Shown here in pieces: positions 41,450 through 51,799 of a stretch of DNA of 64,000 bases. The translations under genes and the position numbers were made by a program. This DNA comes from an uncultured Rhodobacterales bacterium (GTDB lineage: Bacteria; Pseudomonadota; Alphaproteobacteria; Rhodobacterales; Rhodobacteraceae), in assembly GCA_965366835.1 (NCBI GenBank), contig CBDUGF010000004.1, positions 1,273-65,272 of the forward strand, given 5' to 3'. The notes beneath the pieces are model-generated. The model was not told the DNA's origin, searched no databases, and saw only the letters and a list, made by a program, of their open reading frames with translations. The number at the start of each line of letters is the position of its first letter. The first letter of the stretch is position 1.

Positions 41450-43747
41450 TCAGCCGTAATGCTCGACCGGGGTTCCGGCCACGGCGGCCATGTTCAGCAG
41501 GCCGCGCGGGGTGACGCCGGGGGTGACGATATGGGCGCGGTTGCCCATGCCCATCAGGATCGGACCGACCTCGAGACCGCCGCCTTTCATCTTGAGAATG
41601 TTGCGCACGCCAGAGGCGGCATCGGCATGGGCGAAGATCAGCACGTTGGCCGCACCGTCGAGCCGACCGTCGGGCAACAGCCGCTCGCGCAGATCGGGAT
41701 CGAGCGCGGCATCGACATTCATCTCGCCCTCATAGGTGAAATCGCGCGGCGCCGCATCGAGCAGCGCCATCGCGTCGCGCAGGCGCCTGCCCGAGCCTTC
41801 GGCCTGGTTGCCGAATTGCGATTGCGAACAGAAGGCGATCTTGGGTTCGATCCCGAAGCGGCGCACATGGCGCGCGGCCCCGACCGCCACTTCGGCCAGC
41901 TGTTCCGGGCTGGGCGTGCTCCAGACATGGGTATCGGCGATGAACAGCGGCCCGCTTTCGAGAATCATCATGCTGAGCGCGCCATGCGGGCGTTGCGTCT
42001 TGCTGCCCAGAACCTGGGAAATATAGCCCAGATGCCAGCGGTATTCGCCGAAAGTGCCGCAGATCATGCTGTCGGCCTCGTCGCGATGCACCATGATGGC
42101 GGCAATCGCCGTGGTGTTGGTACGCATGATGGCGCGGGCGATATCGGGGGTGACGCCGCGGCGCGCCATGATCTGGTGATAGCTGCCCCAGTAGTCGCGG
42201 TAGCGCGGGTCGTTCTCGGGGTTGACGACCTGGAAATCGCGGCCCGGGCGGATGGTCAGACCATCGCGTTCGCAGCGCGCTTCCAGAACCTCGGGGCGGC
42301 CGATCAGGATCGGCTGTTCGGTGGTTTCCTCGAGAATCGCCTGCGCCGCGCGCAGCACGCGATCATCCTCGCCCTCGGCGAACACGATCCGGCGCGACGC
42401 GGTACGCGCGGCATCGAACACCGGGCGCATCAGCAGCGCGGACTTGAACACCGACTGGTTCAGTTTCTGGCGGTATTCGGCAAAGTTTTCGATCTCGCGG
42501 GTGGCGACACCGCTTTTCATCGCCGCTTCGGCTACGGCGGAGGAGACGATGGCCACCAGCCGCGGATCGAACGGTTTGGGGATCAGATATTCGGGCCCGA
42601 AGGTGAGGTGTTCGCCCTGATAGGCGGCCGCGGCCTCGGCGCTTGTGGTGGCGCGGGCCAGTTCGGCGATGCCCTCGATACAGGCGATCTGCATCTCGTC
42701 ATTGATCTCGGTGGCGCCGACATCGAGCGCACCGCGAAAGATGAACGGAAAACACAGCACGTTGTTGACCTGATTGGGATAATCGCTGCGCCCGGTGGCG
42801 ATGATCGCGTCCGGCGCCACCGTTCTGACCTCTTCCGGCAGGATTTCGGGCGTCGGATTGGCCAGCGCGAAGATGATCGGCTGACCGGTCATCTTCGCCA
42901 CCATTTCGGGCGTCAGGACGCCGGGGCCGGAAAGGCCGAGGAACAGGTCGGCGCCATCAATGACATCGTCGAGTGTGCGCAGATCGCTGTCTTGCGCAAA
43001 AGCCGCCTTTTGCGGGTTCATGTCTTCGGTGCGGCCTTCATAGACCAGCCCGTGAATATCGCAGAGCCAGACGTTTTCGCGCTTCACCCCGAGTTTCAGC
43101 AGCATGTTGAGGCAGGCGATGCCGGCCGCGCCGCCGCCGGTGGAGACGATCTTGATCTTGTCGAATGTCTTGCCTGCGACATGCAGCGCGTTGGTGGCGG
43201 CGGCGCCGACGACGATGGCGGTACCGTGCTGATCGTCGTGAAATACCGGGATGTTCATCCGCTCGCGGCACAGCTTCTCGACGATGAAGCAATCGGGCGC
43301 CTTGATGTCTTCGAGGTTGATCGCGCCGAATGTCGGTTCGAGGGCGCAGACGATATCGGCGAGACGCTCGGGATCGGATTCGTTGACCTCGATATCGAAA
43401 CAGTCGATGCCGGCGAAATTCTTGAACAGCACCGCCTTGCCTTCCATCACCGGCTTGGACGCCAACGCGCCGATATTGCCGAGGCCGAGCACCGCCGTGC
43501 CGTTGGAGACCACCGCCACGAGATTGCCGCGCGCGGTGTAGCGCCGCGCATTGGCCGGATCGTCCCTGATCTCGAGGCTGGCCTCGGCGACACCGGGGGA
43601 ATAGGCGCGGGCCAGATCGCGGCCATTTGCCAGCGGCTTGGTGGCGCGGATCTCGAGCTTGCCGGGTTTGGGAAACTCATGATATTGCAAGGCCGCCTGA
43701 CGCAGGGCTTCCTTGGGGTCTCTGGGATCTCGGATGTCTTTCGACAT
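41450..43747 (-). CDS. maeB: NADP-dependent malic enzyme (malic enzyme domain fused to PTA-like domain)
   Basis: 765 aa with the N-terminus [15 protein letters not shown], a malic enzyme NAD(P) domain and a C-terminal phosphate-acetyltransferase-like domain. Confidence 0.93.
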   Translation of the reverse strand: MSKDIRDPRDPKEALRQAALQYHEFPKPGKLEIRATKPLANGRDLARAYSPGVAEASLEIRDDPANARRYTARGNLVAVVSNGTAVLGLGNIGALASKPVMEGKAVLFKNFAGIDCFDIEVNESDPERLADIVCALEPTFGAINLEDIKAPDCFIVEKLCRERMNIPVFHDDQHGTAIVVGAAATNALHVAGKTFDKIKIVSTGGGAAGIACLNMLLKLGVKRENVWLCDIHGLVYEGRTEDMNPQKAAFAQDSDLRTLDDVIDGADLFLGLSGPGVLTPEMVAKMTGQPIIFALANPTPEILPEEVRTVAPDAIIATGRSDYPNQVNNVLCFPFIFRGALDVGATEINDEMQIACIEGIAELARATTSAEAAAAYQGEHLTFGPEYLIPKPFDPRLVAIVSSAVAEAAMKSGVATREIENFAEYRQKLNQSVFKSALLMRPVFDAARTASRRIVFAEGEDDRVLRAAQAILEETTEQPILIGRPEVLEARCERDGLTIRPGRDFQVVNPENDPRYRDYWGSYHQIMARRGVTPDIARAIMRTNTTAIAAIMVHRDEADSMICGTFGEYRWHLGYISQVLGSKTQRPHGALSMMILESGPLFIADTHVWSTPSPEQLAEVAVGAARHVRRFGIEPKIAFCSQSQFGNQAEGSGRRLRDAMALLDAAPRDFTYEGEMNVDAALDPDLRERLLPDGRLDGAANVLIFAHADAASGVRNILKMKGGGLEVGPILMGMGNRAHIVTPGVTPRGLLNMAAVAGTPVEHYG

Positions 43748-43773
43748 GGTGCGGCCTCGCGGAATTGGCAATT

Positions 43774-43787
43774 GTTTAACGTTAAAC
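43774..43787. promoter_or_regulatory. perfect 14-bp palindrome GTTTAACGTTAAAC in the maeB/nucleoside-operon divergent region
   Basis: Seen directly. It is flanked by GCAATTG (43768-43774), and a second GCAATTG lies about 70 nt downstream. Confidence 0.4.
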
Positions 43788-43888
43788 TACTTTTTTGGCG
43801 AGGGGAAGCCGGGGTTTTCCACGGCCTGCAGACGCCTCATCTTGCAATTGAGTGTATCCCCGCGCAGACTTGGACGTCGAGGGGGGCA

Positions 43889-44995
43889 ATGATGCACGGA
43901 AAACAGGATGAAATCCGGGCCGAGATCCGGCTTCCGACGCAGGAATTGCGGGACGACATTCCGTTTTTCACCAAGGTGCTGCGGATGCGGATGGACATGA
44001 TCTATCCCGCCGATTCCCCGCGTGTCGCGGTGTTTTCCGGCCATGGGCTGCGGCTGCGCATCGAGCAGGGGGCGGAGGAAACGCCCGGCACGATCCGCAT
44101 CCTGAGCGACACGCCGGATGCTTTTGCCGAAGGCCGGCGCCGCCTGACCGCGCCCAATGGCACGCGCGTGGAAATCGAAGAGCTGAACCCGGCGCTGGTG
44201 CTGCCCGAGACCCGGCATGCCTTTGTCGTGCGGCGGCTGGCCGACGAGGCGCCCTGGATCATCGGGCGCGCCGGCATGCAGTATCGCGACCTCATTCCTG
44301 ATCGGCTCGGCGGCTCGATCATCGCCAGCCATATCCGCATCCCCGATGCCGGGCCGGTTCCCGACATGGTGCATTTTCACAAGGTCGGGTTTCAGCTGAT
44401 CTTCTGCGTCTCCGGCTGGGTCGATGTGCTCTATGAGGATCAGGGCGGCTTGCGCCGGCTCACCCCCGGCGATTGCTTCATCCAGCCGCCCGAGATCCGC
44501 CACCGGGTGATGGAGGCGAGCGAGAACCTGCAGGTGATCGAGATCGGGGTGCCGGCGGATCATGTGACCGAGATCGACCACGAGATGACCCTGCCGACGC
44601 CGGAGCTGCGCCCAGAGCGGGAATGGGGCGGGCAGCGGTTTGTGCATGATATCGGGGCCGAGGCCGATTGGGCGCCGCACCGCCTGCCCGGTTTTGAGGC
44701 GCGCGATACCACGATTGCGCGCAACACCGGCGATGTCGCCGGGGTCTGGGTGGTGCGGCGGGCTGAAGGCGGGCCGGTCTGGGCGCGTCACGATGCCGAT
44801 ATCCTGTTCGGCTATGTGATGGCGGGCAAGGTGACGCTCGAGGGCGAGGGCCAGCCGGACCATGCACTCGCGCTGGGCGACGCCTTTGTCATCCCGCCGG
44901 GGATGAAGACCCGGCTTTCGGCTGCGTCGGATGATTTCGAACTGCTGGAAGTGGCCCTGCCGGGCGATTTTGCAACCATACTGGAGGACCGATGA
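43889..44995 (+). CDS. cupin domain-containing protein (apparent bicupin), function unknown
   Basis: This is the C-terminal 368 codons of a 1201-aa composite ORF; the upstream part is the antisense shadow of maeB. ATG 43889 follows GAGGGGGG. Two cupin-like cores (HFHKVGFQLIFCVSGWVDVLYED...PPEIRHRV and ...ILFGYVMAGKVTLEGEG..GDAFVIPPG). The stop overlaps the cdd start. Confidence 0.65.
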   Translation: MMHGKQDEIRAEIRLPTQELRDDIPFFTKVLRMRMDMIYPADSPRVAVFSGHGLRLRIEQGAEETPGTIRILSDTPDAFAEGRRRLTAPNGTRVEIEELNPALVLPETRHAFVVRRLADEAPWIIGRAGMQYRDLIPDRLGGSIIASHIRIPDAGPVPDMVHFHKVGFQLIFCVSGWVDVLYEDQGGLRRLTPGDCFIQPPEIRHRVMEASENLQVIEIGVPADHVTEIDHEMTLPTPELRPEREWGGQRFVHDIGAEADWAPHRLPGFEARDTTIARNTGDVAGVWVVRRAEGGPVWARHDADILFGYVMAGKVTLEGEGQPDHALALGDAFVIPPGMKTRLSAASDDFELLEVALPGDFATILEDR

Positions 44996-45402
44996 TGCCG
45001 CTTCTCGATGCCGCCCGCAGCGTGCGCGAAAACGCCTATGCCCCGTATTCGCATTTCAGGGTCGGCGCGGCAGTGCGCGGCAAATCGGGGGCGATCTATA
45101 GCGGCTGCAATGTCGAGAACGCGGCCTATCCCGAGGGCACCTGCGCCGAGGCCGGGGCGATTGCGGCGATGGTGGCGGCGGGCGAGACCGAGCTGGTCGA
45201 GGTGGCGGTGATCGCCGACAGCCCGCACCCGGTGCCGCCTTGCGGCGGCTGCCGCCAGAAGCTGGCCGAGTTCGGCGCCGGGCATGTGATGGTGACCCTG
45301 GCGACGACCGGCGGGGCAGAGAGCCGTCATAGCATTTCCGAGCTGTTGCCGGGGGCCTTCGCGCTCGACCATATGAGCCACGGCGACGGCGGCGAAAGCT
45401 GA
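44992..45402 (+). CDS. cdd: cytidine deaminase
   Basis: 136 aa with Zn ligand motifs CAEAGAI and PCGGCRQKL. Confidence 0.92.
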   Translation: MMPLLDAARSVRENAYAPYSHFRVGAAVRGKSGAIYSGCNVENAAYPEGTCAEAGAIAAMVAAGETELVEVAVIADSPHPVPPCGGCRQKLAEFGAGHVMVTLATTGGAESRHSISELLPGAFALDHMSHGDGGES

Positions 45403-46706
45403 TGGATGCGCGCCGGATCATCGCCCATCTGCGCGACGGGATAACCCCGACGCGCGAAGAATTGAGATGGTTTGCCAATGGGTTGGCGGATCGCTCGGTC
45501 TCGGATGCGCAGGCCGGGGCGTTTGCCATGGCGGCGCTGTTGAAGGGCTTGGGCGAAGAGGGGCGCGTGGCGCTGACGCTGGCGATGCGCGACAGCGGCG
45601 ATGTGCTGACATGGGATCTCGACAAGCCGGTGCTCGACAAGCATTCGACCGGCGGGGTGGGCGATTGTGTTTCGCTTGTGCTGGCCCCGGCGCTGGCGGT
45701 GTGCGGCGCCTATGTGCCGATGATTTCGGGGCGCGGGCTGGGCCATACCGGCGGCACGCTCGACAAGATCGAGGCGATTGCCGGCCTGCGCACCGATCTC
45801 GACGAGGCGCAATTCCGCAGGGTGGTGAAGGAGGCGGGGGCGGCGATTGTTTCGGCCTCGGCCCATATCGCGCCCGCCGACAAGCGGCTCTATGCGATCC
45901 GTGATGTGACCGCGACGGTGGAGAGCCTCGATCTGATCACCGCCTCGATCCTGTCGAAGAAGCTGGCGGCGGGGCTGGAGGGGTTGGTGCTGGATGTGAA
46001 GCTGGGTTCTGGCGCGTTCATGAAGACGCCCGAGAAGGCGCGCACGCTGGCTGGGTCGCTGGTCAGCACCGCCAATGCCGCCGGCTGCCCGACCACGGCG
46101 ATCATTTCGGACATGAACCAGCCGCTGGTGCCTTCCTTAGGCAATGCGCTGGAGGTGGCGGAGGTGATGCGGGTCTTGACCGGGGGCAAGGGCGGGGCGA
46201 TGGCCGAGCTTTCGGCGGCGCTGGGCGGCGTGGTTCTGGCCAATGCCGGGGTCTGCGACGATGTGCAGGCGGGGGCCGATGCGATTGCCGAAAGCATCCG
46301 CGATGGCCGCGCGGCGGAGGCGTTTGGGCGGATGATCGCGGCGCAGGGCGGGCCGGTGCAATTCGTCGAGAGCTGGGCGCGGTTCCTGCCCGAGGCGACG
46401 GTGATCCGCGAGGTCGTGGCGCGCGAAGACGGCTATATCGCCGCCTATGACGGCGAGGCGCTGGGGCTTTGCGTGGTCGGGCTTGGCGGCGGGCGGCAGG
46501 TGGAGGGCGATGTGATCGACCCGTCGGTCGGCCTGTCGGACCTGTTGCCGCTGGGCGCGAAGGTCGAAAAAGGCCAGCCGATCGCGCGGATCCATGCGGC
46601 GCGCGAGGATGCGGCGGCGCGGGCCGAGACGGAGCTGCGCGCGGCGCTGACGATCGGGCCGCGCAAGCCGGAAGTGCCGCCGCTCATTCACGAGAGGGTC
46701 GGGTGA
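45402..46706 (+). CDS. deoA: thymidine phosphorylase
   Basis: 434 aa with DKHSTGGVGD and SGRGLGHTGGTLDK motifs. Confidence 0.93.
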   Translation: MDARRIIAHLRDGITPTREELRWFANGLADRSVSDAQAGAFAMAALLKGLGEEGRVALTLAMRDSGDVLTWDLDKPVLDKHSTGGVGDCVSLVLAPALAVCGAYVPMISGRGLGHTGGTLDKIEAIAGLRTDLDEAQFRRVVKEAGAAIVSASAHIAPADKRLYAIRDVTATVESLDLITASILSKKLAAGLEGLVLDVKLGSGAFMKTPEKARTLAGSLVSTANAAGCPTTAIISDMNQPLVPSLGNALEVAEVMRVLTGGKGGAMAELSAALGGVVLANAGVCDDVQAGADAIAESIRDGRAAEAFGRMIAAQGGPVQFVESWARFLPEATVIREVVAREDGYIAAYDGEALGLCVVGLGGGRQVEGDVIDPSVGLSDLLPLGAKVEKGQPIARIHAAREDAAARAETELRAALTIGPRKPEVPPLIHERVG

Positions 46707-46820
46707 TGGGCGGGTTGGCGAAAGCTTTGAGAGCAGCGTCTGCCTGGGTAGGCGTTTTGGGGTGCCATGATGACGTGGTCGCCGCGGTTGCTGAAACGCG
46801 CGAACGCCGCAACCAATCGA

Positions 46821-46858
46821 AACTGCGAAAAAGCGCCTGCCGGGGGGCAGGCAGGCGC
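46821..46858 (-). terminator. terminator-like hairpin in the deoA-deoB spacer, with its U tract on the minus strand
   Basis: AGCGCCTGCC-N8-GGCAGGCGCT with a 10-bp stem. The minus strand is followed by TTTTTCGCAGTTTCG. The plus strand has no T tract. Confidence 0.4.
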
Positions 46859-46905
46859 TGCCCGGCGTTGCCGCCGCGCGGAGCATTTACTCAAGCATCG
46901 ACACC

Positions 46906-48111
46906 ATGACCCGCGCCTTCCTGATCGTGATGGATTCCGCCGGGATCGGCGGCGCGCCGGATGCGGACCGGTTTTTCAATGGCACCCTGCCCGATACCGG
47001 CGCCTGCACGCTGGGCCATATCGCGCAGACCTGCGCGGCCGGAAAGGCGGAAGAGGGCCGCAGCGGGCCGCTTGCCGTTCCAAATCTGGCAGCGCTGGGG
47101 CTGGGCGATGCGATCAGGCTGGCCAGCGGCGAGGAGACCGGCCTGCCCGGGGCCAGCACCGGACGTTGGGGCGCGGCGACGGAAATCTCAAAGGGCAAGG
47201 ACACGCCTTCGGGCCATTGGGAAATCGCCGGGGTTCCGGTGCCGTGGGACTGGCATTTCTTCCCCGATGAAGACCCGGCGATTCCCGATGATCTGCTGGC
47301 GCTGATCCGCGACGCGGCGGGCACCAAGGGCACGCTGGGCAATGCCCATGCCTCGGGCACCGAAGTGATCGAGCGGCTGGGGCAGAAGAGCATCGAGACC
47401 GGCTGGCCCATCGTCTATACTTCGGCCGACAGCGTGGTGCAGATCGCCGCCCACGAGGAGCATTTCGGGCGCGACCGGCTGATCGCGCTGTGCAAGGCCG
47501 TCGCCCCGGCCTTTCATGCGCTGCGGGTCGGGCGGGTAATCGCGCGGCCTTTCATCGGGCAAGAGGGCGATTTCCAGCGCACGCCGCATCGCAAGGATTT
47601 CGCCATTGCGCCCCCTGCCCCGACCTTGCTGGACTGGGCGCAGGGCGCCGGGCGCGCCACCCATGCCATCGGCAAGATCGGCGATATCTTCTCGATGCGC
47701 GGGATCGACACATATGCAAAAGGTACGGATGCCGATCTGATGGCCGATCTCGCCCGGCAGGTGGAGCAGGCCGAAGACGGCAGCCTGACCTTCGCCAATT
47801 TCGTCGAGTTCGATACGCAATACGGCCATCGGCGCGATGTGTCGGGCTATGCGCGCGCGCTGGAATGGTTCGACGGCGAGTTGGGCAAATTGCTGCCCCG
47901 GCTCAGGGATGGCGACATGCTGCTGATCACCGCCGATCACGGCAACGATCCGACATGGGACGGCACCGATCATACCCGCGAACGGGTGCCTGTTTTGATT
48001 GCTGGCAAGGGGGCGGGCAGCGTCGGGCTGGTGGGGTTTGCCGATATCGGCGCCAGCGTGGCGGATCATCTGGGACTGTCTGAGCGCGGCGCGGGGAAAA
48101 GCTTCTTATGA
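46906..48111 (+). CDS. deoB: phosphopentomutase
   Basis: 401 aa with MDSAGIGGAPDA, SGHWE and a C-terminal TADHGNDPT metal site. Confidence 0.93.
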   Translation: MTRAFLIVMDSAGIGGAPDADRFFNGTLPDTGACTLGHIAQTCAAGKAEEGRSGPLAVPNLAALGLGDAIRLASGEETGLPGASTGRWGAATEISKGKDTPSGHWEIAGVPVPWDWHFFPDEDPAIPDDLLALIRDAAGTKGTLGNAHASGTEVIERLGQKSIETGWPIVYTSADSVVQIAAHEEHFGRDRLIALCKAVAPAFHALRVGRVIARPFIGQEGDFQRTPHRKDFAIAPPAPTLLDWAQGAGRATHAIGKIGDIFSMRGIDTYAKGTDADLMADLARQVEQAEDGSLTFANFVEFDTQYGHRRDVSGYARALEWFDGELGKLLPRLRDGDMLLITADHGNDPTWDGTDHTRERVPVLIAGKGAGSVGLVGFADIGASVADHLGLSERGAGKSFL

Positions 48112-49094
48112 GTTGGCGAGACTTTCCCAAGATCGAGTTGCATCTGCATCTGGAAGGCGCCGCGCCGCCCGCATTCATTCGCGGGCTGGCGCAGGAAAAG
48201 AGCATTGATATCTCGCGCATCTTTGCCGAGGACGGCTCTTATGCGTTTCGCGATTTCGGCCATTTCCTGCAAGTCTACGAGGCCGCGACCAGCGTATTGA
48301 CCGGCCCGCGCGATTACGGCCGGCTGACCGCGGCGATCCTGGAGGAACTGGCCAGCCATGGCGTGATCTATGCAGAAGCCTTCCTGTCGCCCGATTTCTG
48401 CGGTGGCGGCGATGTATCGGCATGGCGCGATTATCTGGGCGAGATCGAGGATGCGGCGGCGCGGGCGGAGAAAATCCATGGCATCATCCTCAAGGGCATC
48501 ATCACCAATATCCGCCATTTCGGCCCTGAGGCGGCGCGGCCCATCGCCATCTGTGCCGCCGAGACGGCGGGCGATTTCATTCGCGGCTATGGCATGGGCG
48601 GCGACGAGAGCGTCGGCAAGCAGGGCGATTACGTCTGGGCCTTCGATTGCGCCCGCGAGGCCGGCTTGCGCCTGACCACCCATGCCGGGGAATGGGGCGG
48701 GGCGGAGAGCGTGCGCCAGGCGCTGGATGATCTCAAGGTCGAGCGGATCGGCCATGGCATCGGTGCCGCCACCGATCCGGCGCTGGTCGAGCGGCTGGTC
48801 GAGGATAGCATCACGCTGGAGGTCTGCCCGGGCTCGAACGTGGCGCTGGGAATTTTCCCGTCTTTCGCGGCGCACCCTCTGGCAAAGCTGCGCGAGGCCG
48901 GGGTAAAGGTGTGTGTAAGCACCGACGATCCGCCGTTCTTTCACACCTCGATGACGCGGGAATACGAGGAGCTGGCCCGCGCCTATGGCTGGGGCGCGGC
49001 GGAATTTGGCGAATTGAACGACACCGCGCTGGCGGCGGCCTTTTGCAGCGAGCCGACGCGCGCGCACCTGAAAGAAAAGCTGGAGGCCACATGA
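48108..49094 (+). CDS. add: adenosine deaminase
   Basis: 328 aa with [14 protein letters not shown] and the STDDP motif. Confidence 0.92.
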   Translation: MSWRDFPKIELHLHLEGAAPPAFIRGLAQEKSIDISRIFAEDGSYAFRDFGHFLQVYEAATSVLTGPRDYGRLTAAILEELASHGVIYAEAFLSPDFCGGGDVSAWRDYLGEIEDAAARAEKIHGIILKGIITNIRHFGPEAARPIAICAAETAGDFIRGYGMGGDESVGKQGDYVWAFDCAREAGLRLTTHAGEWGGAESVRQALDDLKVERIGHGIGAATDPALVERLVEDSITLEVCPGSNVALGIFPSFAAHPLAKLREAGVKVCVSTDDPPFFHTSMTREYEELARAYGWGAAEFGELNDTALAAAFCSEPTRAHLKEKLEAT

Positions 49095-49735
49095 CCCACG
49101 ATCTGAAAGACCATCTGACCATCGTCAAGCATCCGCTGGTGCAGCACAAGCTGACGCTGATGCGCGAGAAGGACACCTCGACCGCGGTGTTCCGCCAGCT
49201 TTTACGCGAGATCAGCCAGCTTCTGGCCTATGAGGTGACACGCAACCTGCCGATGACGACGAAATCCATCGACACGCCGCTCTGCGAGATGGATGCGCCG
49301 ACGCTGGCGGGCCGCAAGCTGGCGCTGATCTCGATCCTGCGCGCCGGGAACGGGCTTCTGGACGGGATGCTCGAGCTGGTGCCCTCGGCGCGGGTCGGGT
49401 TTGTCGGGCTTTACCGCGACGAGGCGACGCTGCAACCGGTGCAGTATTACTTCAAGGTGCCGTCGCAGCTCGACGAGCGGCTGGTGATCGCGGTCGATCC
49501 GATGCTGGCCACCGGCAACAGCTCGGTCGCGGCGATTGACCTTTTGAAAGGCGCCGGAGCCAGGAACATCCGGTTCTTGTGCCTGCTGGCGGCTCCCGAG
49601 GGGGTGGCGCGGATGAAAGAGGCGCATCCGGATGTGCCGATCGTCACCGCCGCGCTCGACAAGCAGCTCAACGAGAAAGGCTATATCGTACCCGGGCTTG
49701 GCGATGCGGGCGACCGAATGTTCGGCACCAAGTAA
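49091..49735 (+). CDS. upp: uracil phosphoribosyltransferase
   Basis: 214 aa with the PRPP loop [10 protein letters not shown] and C-terminal [12 protein letters not shown]. The start overlaps the add stop (ATGA). Confidence 0.93.
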   Translation: MTHDLKDHLTIVKHPLVQHKLTLMREKDTSTAVFRQLLREISQLLAYEVTRNLPMTTKSIDTPLCEMDAPTLAGRKLALISILRAGNGLLDGMLELVPSARVGFVGLYRDEATLQPVQYYFKVPSQLDERLVIAVDPMLATGNSSVAAIDLLKGAGARNIRFLCLLAAPEGVARMKEAHPDVPIVTAALDKQLNEKGYIVPGLGDAGDRMFGTK

Positions 49736-49840
49736 CCAATGCTAAATAAATTGTGGATAGTTTGAAGATTGAACGGCGAAGCGGCTTTACTCACTAGTCG
49801 CAATGGGGCAATCTGCCCCTACATCTTGTGGGGGCAAGAC

Positions 49841-51265
49841 ATGAAAATGACAAGAGTTCTGGCGATCTGTGTGATCGCGCTATCCATGGGCCTGATGAAC
49901 GCCCAAGCCAAAACGCTGCGCGAAGCCGAGGTTCCGGCCGAATTTCCACCGGCTTCCTACACCGGCAAGCAATATGTCGACAGCCGCGGCTGCGTCTATA
50001 TCCGCGCCGGTATCGACGGGCTGACCAATTGGGTGCCGCGTGTGACGCGCAGCCGGGAGGTGCTGTGCGGTTATCAGCCCAGCCTGGCCAAGGCCGCGAC
50101 GCAACCGGCGCCTGAACCGGCCAAACCGGTACCCGTGATTACGCCGAAACCCGAGGCCAAACCTGCTGCCGAACCGGCTGCTACACCGGTGCAGATCGTC
50201 TCGCCGAAGCCCAAGCCCGCGCGCGGCGCCAAGACGGCCCCGGTCAAGGCCAAGCCGGTGATGGCCAAACCGGTCGCACCGGCGCCGCAGCCTGTCCGCA
50301 AGGTGGTGCAGGTCGCTCCCGCGCAGCCGGTGGCGCCTGCTGTCGTTGCCAAACCCGCGGCCGCCGCGAGCCAGGCCCGGCGTGTCGCCGCTCCGACGCA
50401 AACAACCTCCTGCCCCGGGGTCACCGGGGTCAGCCGCTATTATGCCGGGGTCAGCCGCGACGGATTGCCGGTACGCTGCGGACCGCAGAGCGAACCCTAT
50501 GTCACGGTGATACGCCGCGAAAACGTGACCGTAATGCGCGGCGGCAAGCCTGTGGCCATGCAGCGCCGGGTGGTTCGCCAGGCGCCAGCTGTAGCCGCCA
50601 CCCCGCCACGCCGCGCCACAGCGGCAACGGTCGGCGGTCAGGTACGGGTGGTGCCACGCCATGTCTGGGAAAAGCAGCAGGCCTCGAAGGTGGACGATCC
50701 GATCCCCGAGGGCTACCGTGCGGCCTGGAACGACGACCGGCTCAACAAACAGCGTGCGCATCAGACGTTTGACGGCATCTATGCCTCGGGGCTGGCCTGG
50801 ACCCGCACCGTGCCGCGCAAGCTCTATGTCCGCTCGACCGGGCTGGTGGTGACGCATAAATATCCCGGGCTGATCTACCCCTATCACAGCTACGCCGAAA
50901 TGCAGGCAGCGGGCTATGACAGGCCGCTCCATGAACCTGCGATCAAGAGCGCGCCCGCGCGCAAGGTGGTACGCAGGGCGGCGCCGAAACAGGCCGTCGT
51001 GGCAACCAAATCAGTCAAGCGTGCAGCCCCTGCGGCGCCTGCCAGGGGCCGGTTCGTGCAGGTCGGCACCTTCGGGGTGGAGGCCAATGCGCGGCGCAGC
51101 GCGGCGCGTCTGCAAAGCATTGGCCTGCCGGCACGGCTGGGCAACCTGACCAAGGGCGGCAAGACCTATCGCATCGTTCTGGCGGGGCCGTTCGCGCCCG
51201 AACAGCTGGGTGCGGCGCTGAACAAGGCCCGGCGCGCCGGCTTCAGCGACGCCTTCGTGCGGTAA
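49841..51265 (+). CDS. SPOR domain-containing protein (Pro/Ala/Lys-rich linker)
   Basis: Signal peptide MKMTRVLAICVIALSMGLMNAQA, a low-complexity KP/AP-rich middle and a C-terminal SPOR fold (FVQVGTFGVEANARRSAARLQ...YRIVLAGPF). Confidence 0.8.
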   Translation: MKMTRVLAICVIALSMGLMNAQAKTLREAEVPAEFPPASYTGKQYVDSRGCVYIRAGIDGLTNWVPRVTRSREVLCGYQPSLAKAATQPAPEPAKPVPVITPKPEAKPAAEPAATPVQIVSPKPKPARGAKTAPVKAKPVMAKPVAPAPQPVRKVVQVAPAQPVAPAVVAKPAAAASQARRVAAPTQTTSCPGVTGVSRYYAGVSRDGLPVRCGPQSEPYVTVIRRENVTVMRGGKPVAMQRRVVRQAPAVAATPPRRATAATVGGQVRVVPRHVWEKQQASKVDDPIPEGYRAAWNDDRLNKQRAHQTFDGIYASGLAWTRTVPRKLYVRSTGLVVTHKYPGLIYPYHSYAEMQAAGYDRPLHEPAIKSAPARKVVRRAAPKQAVVATKSVKRAAPAAPARGRFVQVGTFGVEANARRSAARLQSIGLPARLGNLTKGGKTYRIVLAGPFAPEQLGAALNKARRAGFSDAFVR

Positions 51266-51292
51266 GGTTTCGACCATGAAACACTGGCACAG

Positions 51293-51319
51293 GGCGGGGT
51301 TCTCCCCGCCTTTTGCTTG
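51293..51319 (+). terminator. rho-independent terminator downstream of the SPOR gene
   Basis: GGCGGGG-TTCT-CCCCGCC followed by TTTTGCTTG. It lies 28 nt after the stop codon. Confidence 0.7.
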
Positions 51320-51335
51320 CCGGAGGGGCAGTCGC

Positions 51336-51761
51336 TCAGACCAGCCCGCGCCATTTCAGCACCAGGATCACCAGTGCCACGATGGCCAGGAGATTGAATG
51401 CCAGGCTGCCCATGAGGCCGAGCCAGAAATCCTTGCGCCTTTCCTTCGGGTCGATCGCGTCGAGATGGCGGGCGATCCGGTCATGCGCCGCCTTTACCGC
51501 CGCCGCATCGACCCGTTTGCGCAGCTTTGGGTGACTGTCGAACTCGACCGCCTTGTCGATCAGCGCGACGTCTTGCGCCAGCGGTTTCGACACGCCGCCC
51601 GCGGCCCGGCGCAGGCGTTTGAGCAGCGGCCCGCGGCGCTGGCCAAAGCCTTTTTGCAGCCGGGTGTCGATATCGGCGGCGAGCCGGGAAATGTCGGTCG
51701 ATTCGCTCATGAGCGCCACGATATCGGCTTTCTGAGGGGGGCGAAACGCACCGATTGCCAT
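51336..51761 (-). CDS. hypothetical membrane-anchored protein (C-terminal TM)
   Basis: 141-aa ORF; the ATG follows GGGGAG. C-terminal hydrophobic segment FWLGLMGSLAFNLLAIVALVILVL. Confidence 0.55.
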   Translation of the reverse strand: MAIGAFRPPQKADIVALMSESTDISRLAADIDTRLQKGFGQRRGPLLKRLRRAAGGVSKPLAQDVALIDKAVEFDSHPKLRKRVDAAAVKAAHDRIARHLDAIDPKERRKDFWLGLMGSLAFNLLAIVALVILVLKWRGLV

Positions 51762-51799
51762 CGCTTGCTCCCCGGCGCCGGGGCCGCTATTGCTCGGGC

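Noticed and set aside
46688-46894. A 68-aa minus-strand ORF in the deoA-deoB spacer, which might explain the minus-strand terminator-like hairpin.
   Set aside because: The translation is Arg/Ala/Pro-rich with no RBS. The hairpin lies inside the ORF rather than after it.
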